NCBI GenBank assembly: GCA_046331225.1
Contig: JAXLRF010000005.1
Span: 166,647 to 230,646 of the forward strand
Length of the DNA stretch: 64,000 nucleotides
Source of the DNA: Acidimicrobiales bacterium
Lineage (GTDB): Bacteria; Actinomycetota; Acidimicrobiia; Acidimicrobiales; Ilumatobacteraceae
Reading direction: 5' to 3'
A program made the position numbers and the translations under genes. The notes beneath the pieces are model-generated. The model saw only the letters and a list, made by a program, of their open reading frames with translations, did no database searches and was not told where the DNA came from. How positions within the stretch are numbered: the stretch's first letter is position 1; every line of letters starts with the position of its first letter. Positions 46,001 to 55,291 of the stretch are shown piece after piece.

Positions 46001-46588
46001 ATGAACACCCGCCTCCCCGCCGGCGAACGCCGGGAGCAGATCCTCGAGGTCGCCGTCCAGGTCTTCGCCCGGCACGGCTACCACGGCACGTCGATGAACG
46101 ACGTGGCCGAGGCGGCAGGGGTCACCAAGCCGGTGTTGTACCAGCACTTCGACTCGAAGCAGGACCTGTACCTCGCGCTCATCGACGAGGTCGGCCACCG
46201 GATGATCACCGCGATCGCCAAGGCCACCGCGGGTGCGACGAGCGGCAAGATGCAGACCGAGCTCGGCTTCCAGGCCTACTTCCGCTGGGTCGCACAGGAC
46301 CACGACGCGTTCTTGCTGCTGTTCGCGACGCAGGCCAACCGCGACGCGGCGGCCACGAAGGCGATCCGCAAGATCACCAGCGAGGCCGCCTCTGCGATCG
46401 CCCCGCTCATCGCGGTCGAGATCGATCACGAGAAGCAGCGCACCCTGGCCCACGGCCTGGTCGGCCTCGCCGAGGGCGTCTCACGTCGGCTCGTCGAGCG
46501 CGGCGAGGACTTCGACCCCGACGAGCTCGGCCGTCTGGTGGCCAACCTCGCGTGGGCCGGCCTGCGCGCCCTCGGCCCCGCGAGCTGA
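46001..46588 (+). CDS. TetR/AcrR family transcriptional regulator
   Basis: RREQILEVAVQVFARHGYHGTSMNDVAEAAGVTKPVLYQHFDSK is a canonical TetR HTH region. The ATG at 46001 gives the usual short N-terminus. Confidence 0.88.
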   Translation: MNTRLPAGERREQILEVAVQVFARHGYHGTSMNDVAEAAGVTKPVLYQHFDSKQDLYLALIDEVGHRMITAIAKATAGATSGKMQTELGFQAYFRWVAQDHDAFLLLFATQANRDAAATKAIRKITSEAASAIAPLIAVEIDHEKQRTLAHGLVGLAEGVSRRLVERGEDFDPDELGRLVANLAWAGLRALGPAS

Positions 46589-46604
46589 CCACGCGGGACC
46601 GCAG

Positions 46605-46619
46605 CGCCCGTCGCGGGCG
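46605..46619. terminator. Short GC hairpin CGCCCG-TCG-CGGGCG between convergent genes
   Basis: 6-bp stem read directly from the sequence. It lies between the TetR stop (46588) and the enoyl-CoA hydratase stop (46632). There is no U-tract, so the call is weak. Confidence 0.3.
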
Positions 46620-46631
46620 TTCGTGTCCCGG

Positions 46632-47360
46632 CTACTGGGCGCGGAACTGTGGGCGGCGCTTCTCGAGGAAGGCGCGGCGTCCCTCCTCGGCGTCGTCGCT
46701 CGCCCAGGCCGCCAGCCGCGACGGCTCGAACACCGGGTCGATCTCGGGCGCCGGTGCCAGACCCTCGAGGCCGAGCTTGTGGGCGCGGATGGTGAGCGGT
46801 GCCAGTTGGGCGAGCTCGTCGGCCCACACCAGTGCCTCGGCCAACCCGCCGGTGCGGTGCACGCCACCGGTCACGTGCAGCTGGTCGGCGCTGTAGGTCT
46901 GCGCGGCGAGCAGCATCGCCCGAGCGATGCTGGCACCGAACTCGCGCGACAGCCGGTCGATCGTCCAGCGGTCGACCGCCAGGCCCAGCTTGGCGGCCGG
47001 GATCCCGAAGGGGCTGCTGCTGGTGGCCACGCGGAGGTCGCACGCGATCGCGAGCTGCGTGCCGGCGCCGAGCGCCGGACCGTCGACGGCGGCGATCGTC
47101 ACCATCGGCAGCTCGGTGAACCCCCGCAGCGCGGCGACGAGGGCATCGACGAACTCGCCGCTCTCGACGCCGGTGAGATCGGCGCCCGCGCAGAAGGCCG
47201 GCGGCGCGCCGGTGAGCACGAGCGCCCGGGCGTCGCCGGCGACGGCGGCGAGCTGGGCGTCGCGCAAGGCGAGCAGGGTCTCGTGGTCGACCGCGTTGCG
47301 GCGCTCGGGCCGATCGATGGTGACCACCACGACGCGATCGCGCCACTCCACACGTACCAT
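46632..47360 (-). CDS. Enoyl-CoA hydratase/isomerase family protein
   Basis: VTIDRPERRNAV, FCAGADL, AAVDGPALGAGTQLA and EGRRAFLEKRRPQF. The call uses the ATG at 47360; the tracked start at 47390 is also possible. Confidence 0.85.
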   Translation of the reverse strand: MVRVEWRDRVVVVTIDRPERRNAVDHETLLALRDAQLAAVAGDARALVLTGAPPAFCAGADLTGVESGEFVDALVAALRGFTELPMVTIAAVDGPALGAGTQLAIACDLRVATSSSPFGIPAAKLGLAVDRWTIDRLSREFGASIARAMLLAAQTYSADQLHVTGGVHRTGGLAEALVWADELAQLAPLTIRAHKLGLEGLAPAPEIDPVFEPSRLAAWASDDAEEGRRAFLEKRRPQFRAQ

Positions 47361-47372
47361 GGCGGCGACTGT

Positions 47373-47654
47373 ATGCCCGCCGACACACACCCCACCGATC
47401 CCGCACTCGATCCCGTGCGAGCGCGCCGCCGGCAGATCGCGCGCTGGACGCTGATGGCCAACCGCATCGGCTATCTGTTCTTCGCGCTGGCGATCGTGTG
47501 CTTCGTGCTCGCGTTCGCGCTCGGCTTCAACTCGACGATGTCGTCGATCATCGTCGGCTCGCTGGTGGTGGGGTCGATCCTGCTGGCCCCGGCGATCGTC
47601 CTCGGCTACGCGGTGAAGGCGGCCGAGCGCGACGACCGCGAGCGCGGCTTCTGA
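47373..47654 (+). CDS. Small two-TM membrane protein, function unknown
   Basis: Hydrophobic segments IGYLFFALAIVCFVLAFALGF and IIVGSLVVGSILLAPAIVLGY. An alternative in-frame ATG lies at 47454. It starts only 12 nt from the divergent hydratase start. Confidence 0.4.
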   Translation: MPADTHPTDPALDPVRARRRQIARWTLMANRIGYLFFALAIVCFVLAFALGFNSTMSSIIVGSLVVGSILLAPAIVLGYAVKAAERDDRERGF

Positions 47655-47708
47655 GACCTGGCGGGACGGATCTGCCCGGCGTGGGCGTTCCGCTCCCGCG
47701 GAGCCGGG

Positions 47709-49130
47709 TCAGAGGTTGGGTGGCAGCAGGCGGTTGACGTTCTCGAAGAAGAAGTAGAGGACCACGACGAACGGGCCGATCCCGACCAGCGCGCCCACCC
47801 AGTTGCGGCGCACACGGCGGCTCAGCCACGTGGCCCCGAGTGCGAGGAACGTGAGCAACGCTCCCCACAGGGCGACCTGCGGGAATGCCGCCGGGTCGCT
47901 GAACCACCGGTTCGCGAACAGGTCCTCGCCGGCGTCGGTGGGCGGGTCGGCGACGGCGGTGTCGGTGCCGGTGGGTTGCGTGGTGCCCGGATCGGTGGTG
48001 GCGGGTTCGGTGGTGGCCGGTTCGGTCGTGTCGGTGGTGCCGTCGGTGGTCGCGGTGGCATCGGTGGTACCGGTCGACCCGGCGGTCTCGTCGTCGCCCG
48101 GCAGCACCCCGGTGTCGCCGGGGGCGGGCGCCACGTAGGGGAGGGTGACCACGTCGGACCGGACCGGATCGAGGGTGGCGGTCACGACGATGCGCTGGCG
48201 AGCGCTGTACTTCGGATGGCACGAGGTGAGCGTGAGCGTCGCGACGCTGGGGTCGACGGTGGGGATCACGGCGGCGTAGTCGTCGGGGCTGACGATCTGC
48301 TGGCCGTCGACGACGTAGGTGTAGGTGCCGACGACGGTCTGGACGACGATGTCGTCGCCGGGCCGCAGCTCGTCGATCCGGATGAACGGCTGGCCGTGCG
48401 TGGTGCGGTGACCGGCGATCGCCGCGTTGCCGTACTGGCCCGGCAGCGGGGTCTCGGGGAAGTGCCCCGGCCCGTCGGCGAGCTGCTTCGCGTCGACACC
48501 CTCGACGACGGTCCAGTCGAGGTCGATCGCCGCGATCGTGAGCTTGGCCAGCGGGTCGCCGACCAGGGGCGGGGTCATGCGAGCGGCCGGCAGCGTCGAC
48601 GACGTGGAGGTGGTGGGCGCCGTGGGTGCGGTGCTGGCCGGCGCGTCGTCGGGCGCCGTGGTGGTGGGTGCCTCGGTGGTGCTGGGCGCCGACGTGGTGA
48701 CGGTGGTGCCGTTGTTGCCGGCGCCGGTGCCGGCGCTGCCGAGCAGGTCGTCGAACTCGTCGGAGAGGCGGTCCTGCGCCTGGGCGGTCTGGATGCCCGT
48801 GCCCCACAGCTGGTAGCCGACGAAGGCGAACATCAGCACGCCGATCGCGATGAGCACCCGGCCGATCCAGCCGATCGCCCAGCGCCAGTCGTGAGGTTCG
48901 GGCGGGCGGTCCCAGCGGCTCGGCCGTGAGGTCGCGGCGGGCCGGGGGATGCCACCACTGCGGTCGGCCTCGAGTTGCTCGAGTCGTCCGAGTGCGTTCG
49001 ACGGCGCGTGCTCGGGGAGGTCGTCGCTCGGGGCGTCGGGCAGATCCGACGGTGCCTCGACGTCGGGCGGCGGGGCCGCCGCATCCGGGCCCGTCGGATC
49101 GAACGAGGGTGCATCGTCGCCCGGCGTCAC
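47709..49130 (-). CDS. Class E-like sortase with N-terminal TM, Thr/Pro-rich linkers and C-terminal TM segments
   Basis: AIAGHRTTHG (His), TLTLTSCHPKYS (Cys) and RQRIVVTA (Arg). TM helices at VLIAIGVLMFAFVGYQLW and at the C-terminus (ALWGALLTFLALGATWL, GALVGIGPFVVVLYFFF). Confidence 0.8.
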   Translation of the reverse strand: MTPGDDAPSFDPTGPDAAAPPPDVEAPSDLPDAPSDDLPEHAPSNALGRLEQLEADRSGGIPRPAATSRPSRWDRPPEPHDWRWAIGWIGRVLIAIGVLMFAFVGYQLWGTGIQTAQAQDRLSDEFDDLLGSAGTGAGNNGTTVTTSAPSTTEAPTTTAPDDAPASTAPTAPTTSTSSTLPAARMTPPLVGDPLAKLTIAAIDLDWTVVEGVDAKQLADGPGHFPETPLPGQYGNAAIAGHRTTHGQPFIRIDELRPGDDIVVQTVVGTYTYVVDGQQIVSPDDYAAVIPTVDPSVATLTLTSCHPKYSARQRIVVTATLDPVRSDVVTLPYVAPAPGDTGVLPGDDETAGSTGTTDATATTDGTTDTTEPATTEPATTDPGTTQPTGTDTAVADPPTDAGEDLFANRWFSDPAAFPQVALWGALLTFLALGATWLSRRVRRNWVGALVGIGPFVVVLYFFFENVNRLLPPNL

Positions 49131-49189
49131 GGCGCAGACGCTATCGGCGGTATGGAGGCTGCGAGGGTGCGCCGCTAGCGTCGCGTCCC

Positions 49190-49888
49190 GTGCACCCGAC
49201 CGCCTCGTCCCGTGCGGCCGACGGCGCGCCGGATGCCGTCGTCGAGCTCGACGACGTGGTGGCGGTGCTCGGCAGCTTCCCCGCCCTCGCCGGGCTGAGC
49301 CTCACGGTGCGGCGCGGCGAGATCGTGCTGCTGCGCGGCCCCAACGGCGCGGGCAAGACCACGCTGCTGCGGGTGTGCGCCGGCCTGGTGCCGCTGTCGC
49401 GTGGCACCGGCACGGTGGCCGGTTGCGACCTCGTCACCCAGCGGGCCGAGGTGCGTGCTCGTGTGGGTCTGCTCGGTCACAGCAACGGCCTCTACGCGGA
49501 TCTCACCGTGCGCGAGAACGTGCGGTTCTGGGGTGCCACGGTGGGGGCGAGCACGGCCGAGATCGACGCGTCGCTCGAGCGCATGGGGCTGGCCGCACGC
49601 CTGGCCGACGTCACCGTCGGGAGGCTGTCGGCGGGTCAGAAGCGCCGCACCGCGCTCGCCTGCCTGGTCGCGCGACGCGCACAGCTGTGGCTGCTCGACG
49701 AACCCCACGCCGGGCTCGACGCCGCCGGCCGCGACGAGCTCGACCGCACCCTGCACGCCGCAGTGGCGGCCGGCGCCACCGTGATGGTGGCGAGCCACGA
49801 ACTGGAGCGGGCCGGCACCCTGGCCACGCGGGTGGTCGACGTGGTGGGCGGGCAGGCCACCGACGCTGCGGTCGGAGGCGGCTCGTGA
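49190..49888 (+). CDS. ccmA: Heme exporter ATP-binding protein CcmA
   Basis: Walker A GPNGAGKTTLL, signature LSAGQKRR, Walker B LWLLDEP. It is the first gene of the ccm cluster. The call uses the GTG at 49190. Confidence 0.8.
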   Translation: MHPTASSRAADGAPDAVVELDDVVAVLGSFPALAGLSLTVRRGEIVLLRGPNGAGKTTLLRVCAGLVPLSRGTGTVAGCDLVTQRAEVRARVGLLGHSNGLYADLTVRENVRFWGATVGASTAEIDASLERMGLAARLADVTVGRLSAGQKRRTALACLVARRAQLWLLDEPHAGLDAAGRDELDRTLHAAVAAGATVMVASHELERAGTLATRVVDVVGGQATDAAVGGGS

Positions 49889-50583
49889 GCGGGGCGGCCG
49901 GCAGCGTGTGGCGCACCGCCCGACTGGTCGCGGCCAAGGACCTGCGAGTCGAGCGGCGCAGCCGCGTCGTGGTCAACCAGGTGCTGCCCTTCGCCGCGCT
50001 GGTGATGGTGTTGTTCGCCTTCGCGCTCGACAACGACACCGTGTTGCAGCGCACCGCCCCCGGGCTGGTGTGGCTCGGCACGATCTTCAGCCTGTTGATC
50101 GTGGTGCAGCGCACCTTCGCGGTCGAGACCGCCGACGGGGCGCTCGACGCCCTGCGCGTGGCCGGGGTGAGCCCGCCCGGCATCTTCCTCGGCAAGTCGA
50201 TGTCGCTGGCCGTGCAGTTGCTGGTGCTCGAGGTGCTGATGCTGGTGCTCGCGATCGTGCTGTACGGCTCGTCGGTCGACGGGCTCGGGGCCGTGCTCTT
50301 GGTCACCACCCTGATCCCCGCTACCACCGGTCTGGCATTCGTCGGTACGCTCTACGGCGGTCTCGCTGCCGGGGCCAGAGGGCGCGAGACCCTGCTCCCG
50401 CTCCTGCTGTTCCCGGTGGTGGCGCCAGTACTGATCGGTGCGACCCGAGCGACGGAAGCAGCCTTCGGTGCCGGTGGTGCCGCGACCGACGAAGGGTGGC
50501 CGTGGGTCGGCATGCTCCTCGTCTTCGCAGCCCTGTTCGGCGTCGGCGGCACCCTGGCGTTCGGGGCGCTCGTCGAGGATTGA
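49885..50583 (+). CDS. ccmB: Heme exporter membrane protein CcmB
   Basis: Six-TM protein with FSLLIVVQRTF..E...GALDAL..AGVSP and LLLFPVVAPVLI blocks typical of CcmB. GTGA overlap with ccmA. Confidence 0.8.
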   Translation: MSGAAGSVWRTARLVAAKDLRVERRSRVVVNQVLPFAALVMVLFAFALDNDTVLQRTAPGLVWLGTIFSLLIVVQRTFAVETADGALDALRVAGVSPPGIFLGKSMSLAVQLLVLEVLMLVLAIVLYGSSVDGLGAVLLVTTLIPATTGLAFVGTLYGGLAAGARGRETLLPLLLFPVVAPVLIGATRATEAAFGAGGAATDEGWPWVGMLLVFAALFGVGGTLAFGALVED

Positions 50584-50635
50584 CCCCGGGTTCCCCACCA
50601 GTCGGACGACAGAACGAGACGAGGACAGCGCAGTC

Positions 50636-51448
50636 GTGGCCACCACCCCCTCCACCCCGCCGTCGTCGGGTGCCGTCCCCCGACGCGACCGGGGCACCGG
50701 CACCACGTTCACCCGCTGGTTGGGCGTCGCGACGATCGTCTCGCTCGGCCTGCTCGCCCTGTTCGGCCTGGTGTTCTCGCCGGCCGACGTGGTGCAGGGC
50801 GAGAGCGTGCGGATCCTGTACGTGCACGTCGGCACCGTCTGGGTCGCCTACCTGGCCTTCGTCGTCACGGCGGTGTCGTCGGCCGCGTATCTCTGGAAGC
50901 GCACGTCGTCGCTCGCCTGGGACCGCATCGCCGGTGCGAGCGCCGAGATCGGTGTGGTCTTCATGGCGGTCACCCTGCTGAGCGGGTCGCTCTGGGGTCG
51001 GCTCAGCTGGGGCGACTTCTGGGTGTGGGACGCCCGTGTGACCACCACCGCGTTCTTGTTCATCACCTACGTCGGCTACCTGGCCGTCCGCGGGCTCGGT
51101 GGCAGCCACCAGCAGCGCGCCCGTCGATCGGCGGTGGTCGCACTGCTCGCGGTGCTCGAGATCCCGCTCGTGCACTTCAGCGTCAAGCTGTGGCGGTCGG
51201 TGCACCAGGACGCGAGCGTCGCGGGTCGTACCACCGACGTCACGCTCGACGGGCTGATGCTGTTCTCGTTGCTGCTCGGCACCGTGGCGTTCACGCTGCT
51301 GTACGCGTGGTACGTGCTGCACCGCCAGCGGGTGATGGCGATGGAGGACGCACTCGACGACAAGGGCCTCGACCTGGCGCTCGCCGAGCGTCGCCGCGAG
51401 GCCGCGGCCACCTCGCCCACGGGTCTCGCGATCGGGGACAACCACTGA
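50636..51448 (+). CDS. ccmC: Heme exporter/heme handling protein CcmC
   Basis: RILYVHVGTVWVAY (conserved His) and the WWD motif WGRLSWGDFWVWDARVTT. The start is approximate (GTG at 50636). Confidence 0.85.
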   Translation: MATTPSTPPSSGAVPRRDRGTGTTFTRWLGVATIVSLGLLALFGLVFSPADVVQGESVRILYVHVGTVWVAYLAFVVTAVSSAAYLWKRTSSLAWDRIAGASAEIGVVFMAVTLLSGSLWGRLSWGDFWVWDARVTTTAFLFITYVGYLAVRGLGGSHQQRARRSAVVALLAVLEIPLVHFSVKLWRSVHQDASVAGRTTDVTLDGLMLFSLLLGTVAFTLLYAWYVLHRQRVMAMEDALDDKGLDLALAERRREAAATSPTGLAIGDNH

Positions 51449-51582
51449 TGGACGACATCGGATTCATCTCGCTCAGCTACCTCGCCGCGTTCGGCGGGGC
51501 GCTCGCGCTCGCGTGGCAGGTCGTGCGCCGCGGCAAGGCGCTGTCGCGGCAGTTGCCGGACGAGGACAAGCCGTGGACCTGA
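51448..51582 (+). CDS. ccmD: Small heme exporter subunit CcmD-like
   Basis: 44 aa with one TM helix (ISLSYLAAFGGALALAWQVV) and a charged tail. TGATG overlap with ccmC, and its end overlaps the ccmE start. Assigned mainly by position. Confidence 0.55.
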   Translation: MDDIGFISLSYLAAFGGALALAWQVVRRGKALSRQLPDEDKPWT

Positions 51583-52085
51583 GCCCCCGCGTCGATCAGG
51601 CCGCGCCCGAACCGCCGAAGCGTCGCGGCAAGCGCTGGCCGGCGATCGCCGTGCTCGTGCTGGTGCTGGGTGGCGGCGTCGTGCTCGTCACCCAGTTCCT
51701 GTCGAGCGCGATCGACTACTACTGCAACGTCGACGAGGTCGGTGTGAAGGACGGCTGCGAGGCGGGTCGCCGCCTGCGCATCCAGGGCAACGTCGTCGAG
51801 GGCTCGGTGGCCCAGGACGGTGAGGTCACGCTCTTCGACGTCGAGTTCAACGGTGTCACGATGCCGGTGCGCTACGACGCCGGTGATCCGGGCGGCATCT
51901 TCCAGGAGTGCGTGCCCGTGGTGGTGCACGGTCGGCTCGACAACGGTGTGTTCGTCGGTGACGACATCGAGGTGAAGCACTCCAACGAGTACGAGGCCGC
52001 CAACAAGGATCGCCTCGACCAGGCGAGCAACGCCTGCGCCGAAGAGGCCGCCAAACAGGCACAGGCGCAGGAGCAGCAGGGGTGA
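51573..52085 (+). CDS. ccmE: Cytochrome c heme chaperone CcmE
   Basis: N-terminal anchor AIAVLVLVLGGGVVLV, an OB-fold (LRIQGNVVEGSV, VVVHGRL), and the heme-binding HxxxY motif in VKHSNEYEA. Confidence 0.85.
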   Translation: MDLSPRVDQAAPEPPKRRGKRWPAIAVLVLVLGGGVVLVTQFLSSAIDYYCNVDEVGVKDGCEAGRRLRIQGNVVEGSVAQDGEVTLFDVEFNGVTMPVRYDAGDPGGIFQECVPVVVHGRLDNGVFVGDDIEVKHSNEYEAANKDRLDQASNACAEEAAKQAQAQEQQG

Positions 52086-54091
52086 TCGGCGCCAGCGTCA
52101 ACGGCCTGCTCGGCCACTCGGCACTGATCATCGGCCTCGTCGCCTCGCTGTTCGGCGCGCTCGCACTCGGCTACGCCACGGTCACGAACGATCGGCGTCT
52201 GCTGCGTACCGTGCCCAACTACGCGTGGATGGCGGGTGCGGCCGGCGTGTTGGCGTGCGCGTTCATGCTCAACGCGCTGCTCACCTACGACTTCGACCTC
52301 GCGTACGTGCAGAACGTGGGCTCGCGCAGCACACCGCAGCTGTTCAACATCGCGGCGATGTGGAGCGCGCTCGAGGGCAGCATCCTGCTGTGGCTCACGG
52401 TGCTGGCCGGTTACACGGTGGTGTTGATGCACCGGTACCGCAAGCGGCTCGACGACCCGCTGATCGCGTGGGCGATGGTGACGATGTTCGTCATCTCGGC
52501 GTTCTTCTTCTTCCTCGCCTTCGGCCCCACCGACGTGTTCGCCACGGGCGCGCCGGGCGTCACCGACGGCCGGGGCCCCAACCCGCTGCTGCAGAACCAC
52601 ATCCTCGTGATGTTCCACCCGCCGATCCTGTACCTCGGCTACGTCGGGTTCGCGGTGCCCTTCGCGTTCGCGATCGGCGCCCTGGTCACCGGTCGGGTGG
52701 GCGAGGGCTGGCTGCTCGAGACCCGTCGCTGGGCGCTGATCACGTGGGGCCTGCTGAGCGTCGGCATCATCCTCGGTGGCTGGTGGAGCTACGAGGTGCT
52801 CGGCTGGAGCGGCGTGTGGGCGTGGGATCCGGTCGAGAACGCGAGCTTCCTGCCGTGGCTCACCGGCACGGCCTACATCCACTCGGTGCTGGTGCAGGAA
52901 CGGCGCGGCATGCTGCGCGTCTGGAACATCAGCCTGCTCGTCGCGACCTTCTCGCTCACGATCCTCGGCACGTTCCTCACCCGGAGCGGCGTGATCAACA
53001 GCGTGCACGCGTTCGCCGACGGCTCGATCGGTCCGTGGCTCCTCGGGTTCTTCGGTGTCACCGTGGTGGTGTCGCTGTCGCTCATCGCCTGGCGTGGCGA
53101 CCGGTTGCGGTCGCCCGGCGCGATCGATTCGCCGATCTCGCGCGAGGGCGCGTTCCTGGCCAACAACGTGATCCTCACCGTGTTCGCGTTCGTGGTGCTG
53201 CTCGGCACGGTGTTCCCGCTCGTGATCGAGGCGTTGCAGGACCGCCGCATCGCGGTCGGTTCGCCGTTCTTCGACCGGCTCGGCATGCCGATCGGTCTGG
53301 TGCTGCTGTTCCTCATGGCCGTGGCACCGGTGCTGCCGTGGCGCAAGGCGAGCACCGAGTTGTTGCGCGACCGGCTGTTCGTCCCGGCGTGCGTGGGTGT
53401 GGTGTGCCTCGCGGTGGCGGTCGTCGTCGGCGCCGACCAGTGGGCGTCGCTCGCCGCGTTCGGCCTCGGCGGGTTCGCCGCCGGTGCGGCCGGCCGGCAG
53501 CTCGTGCTGGCCACGCGCCGGCAGGGTTGGCGTGGGCTCGTCGGTCGTGCGAACGGCGGCATGATCGTGCACCTCGGCATCATCGTCATCGCCGTGGCGC
53601 TGGCCGCCAGCAACGGCTACACGCGGGTGGCCGAGTTCACGATGAAGGTCGGCCAGCCCGTCGCCTACGACGGTCACACCTTCGAGTTGTTGGCGGTCGA
53701 GGCGTTCGAGACCGAGCGCAGCACGGGGCTGAAGGCGCAGGTGAGCATCGACGGTGGGCAGGCGTACGCCCCGGCGATCACCCGCTACACCAAGATGGGC
53801 ACCGACATCGGCACCCCCTCGGTGCGGACGGGGCTCACCGAGGACATCTACCTCACGCTCGAGAAGGCCACCGAGGCGGGCGCCACCGAGGCGCAGGTGA
53901 AGGTGTTCATCAAGCCGATGATCCTGTGGATGTGGGTGGGTGGGGCGCTGGTCGCGATCGGCACCGTGCTCGCCGCGTTCCCCGGCAAGCGTCGTCGCAT
54001 CCCGATCGCGCCGGTGTCGTCGCCGGTGCCGACCGGTGACGGTGGCGACGACCGGGACGACGACCGGGACGAGGAGACCGTCGATGCCTGA
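52082..54091 (+). CDS. ccmF: Cytochrome c heme lyase subunit CcmF
   Basis: 669 aa polytopic protein with the WWD motif GGWWSYEVLGWSGVWAWDPVENAS and conserved His-containing loops. Confidence 0.9.
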   Translation: MIGASVNGLLGHSALIIGLVASLFGALALGYATVTNDRRLLRTVPNYAWMAGAAGVLACAFMLNALLTYDFDLAYVQNVGSRSTPQLFNIAAMWSALEGSILLWLTVLAGYTVVLMHRYRKRLDDPLIAWAMVTMFVISAFFFFLAFGPTDVFATGAPGVTDGRGPNPLLQNHILVMFHPPILYLGYVGFAVPFAFAIGALVTGRVGEGWLLETRRWALITWGLLSVGIILGGWWSYEVLGWSGVWAWDPVENASFLPWLTGTAYIHSVLVQERRGMLRVWNISLLVATFSLTILGTFLTRSGVINSVHAFADGSIGPWLLGFFGVTVVVSLSLIAWRGDRLRSPGAIDSPISREGAFLANNVILTVFAFVVLLGTVFPLVIEALQDRRIAVGSPFFDRLGMPIGLVLLFLMAVAPVLPWRKASTELLRDRLFVPACVGVVCLAVAVVVGADQWASLAAFGLGGFAAGAAGRQLVLATRRQGWRGLVGRANGGMIVHLGIIVIAVALAASNGYTRVAEFTMKVGQPVAYDGHTFELLAVEAFETERSTGLKAQVSIDGGQAYAPAITRYTKMGTDIGTPSVRTGLTEDIYLTLEKATEAGATEAQVKVFIKPMILWMWVGGALVAIGTVLAAFPGKRRRIPIAPVSSPVPTGDGGDDRDDDRDEETVDA

Positions 54092-54683
54092 CACGATCGA
54101 CGCTTCGGTCGCCACGACCGATGGGTCGGCTCCCCGCCGCCGTCGGGTGGCGCCGTTCGTGGCGCTCGCGGTCGCGATCGTGGTGGCCGGTCTGTTCGTG
54201 GTGCTCGCCGGCAGCGACACCCAACAGGGCGACACCGTCGAGTCGTTCCTGATCGGCCGGCCCGCGCCGGCCGTGGTGAGCACCACCCTCGACGGCCAGC
54301 CGTTCGACCTGAGCCGCCGCAAGGGCAGCTGGGTGGTGATCAACTTCTTCGACCCCACGTGCGTGCCGTGCGTCGACGAGCACCCCGAGCTGATCGAGCT
54401 CGCCGAGCAGCAGTCGCAGATCAGCGACGGCGCCGAGCTCTACACGATCATCAGCACGCGCAACGGTGACGAGGGCGTGCAGGAGTTCTTCGACGCCAAC
54501 GGTGGCGACTGGCCGGTGGTGAGCGATCCCACGGGCGCGGCCACGGTGGCGTTCGGTGTGGCGCAGGTGCCCGAGACGTGGATCATCGATCCCTTCGGTG
54601 TGGTGCGCGCTCGATATGCGGGCGAGATCACCGCCGAGAAGGTCGGTGCGCTGCTGCAGGCGATGCGTGAGGGCCGGGCCTGA
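54084..54683 (+). CDS. ccmG: Thiol:disulfide oxidoreductase CcmG/DsbE (TlpA-like)
   Basis: An N-terminal anchor and a thioredoxin fold with WVVINFFDPTCVPCVDEHP (CxxC) and VPETWIIDPFG. Confidence 0.85.
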   Translation: MPDTIDASVATTDGSAPRRRRVAPFVALAVAIVVAGLFVVLAGSDTQQGDTVESFLIGRPAPAVVSTTLDGQPFDLSRRKGSWVVINFFDPTCVPCVDEHPELIELAEQQSQISDGAELYTIISTRNGDEGVQEFFDANGGDWPVVSDPTGAATVAFGVAQVPETWIIDPFGVVRARYAGEITAEKVGALLQAMREGRA

Positions 54684-55291
54684 TGGCTGCCGCCACCGGA
54701 TGGCAGCGGGTGAAGCGCGGCCCGGGATGGATCGTGCTCGGTGTGCTCGTGGTCGCGCTGATGGCCGTCGGCGCCGGGCGCACCAACGAACGGCTCACAC
54801 CGCAGGAGCGCGTCGAGGAGATCAGCAAGCGGTTGGCGTGTCCGATCTGCGACGGCGAGAGCGTGTTCGAGTCGAGGGCCAACGCGTCGATCGCGCTGCG
54901 CAACGAGATCAAGGCGCAGGTCGAGGCCGGCCAGGCCACCGACGATCAGATCATCACCTACATCGAGCAGCGCTTCGGCGCGCAGGTGCTGCTGGTCCCC
55001 AAGGCCGAGGGGGTCGACGCGCTGGTGTGGATCCTGCCGGTGGTGGCGCTGGTGGCCGGGGTGGCCGGGCTGATCGTCGCGTTCCGCCGATGGCGGGCCA
55101 ACGCCGGAGGCACCGCCACCGACGAGGATCGTGAACTGGTGGCGGCGGCACGCCGCGCCGGCCTCGACGCGTCGGCCAGCCCGTACGACCGGATCGACAC
55201 CGGCACCGCCGCGGACGACGTCGCGAACGACATCGCCGACGACCTCGTCGAGACGACCGAGACGACCGACGCGACCGGCCGGGAGGCGTGA
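54683..55291 (+). CDS. ccmH: Cytochrome c maturation protein CcmH
   Basis: LACPICDGESVFESRANASIALRNEI (the CcmH CxxC redox motif) and a second TM helix ALVWILPVVALVAGVAGLIV. Confidence 0.85.
   Translation: MAAATGWQRVKRGPGWIVLGVLVVALMAVGAGRTNERLTPQERVEEISKRLACPICDGESVFESRANASIALRNEIKAQVEAGQATDDQIITYIEQRFGAQVLLVPKAEGVDALVWILPVVALVAGVAGLIVAFRRWRANAGGTATDEDRELVAAARRAGLDASASPYDRIDTGTAADDVANDIADDLVETTETTDATGREA

Noticed and set aside
41299-46008. 1569 aa minus-strand ORF opposite lhr. Similar very long ORFs occur at 221-1621(-), 9949-11931(-), 11064-13511(-), 23178-25475(-), 25726-28542(-), 51872-54358(-) and 61885-63777(-).
   Set aside because: Their translations are Arg/Gly/Pro/Ala-rich low-complexity sequence with no recognisable motifs. 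Each lies antisense to a gene with clear family signatures. These are the classic stop-codon-poor shadow ORFs of high-GC DNA.
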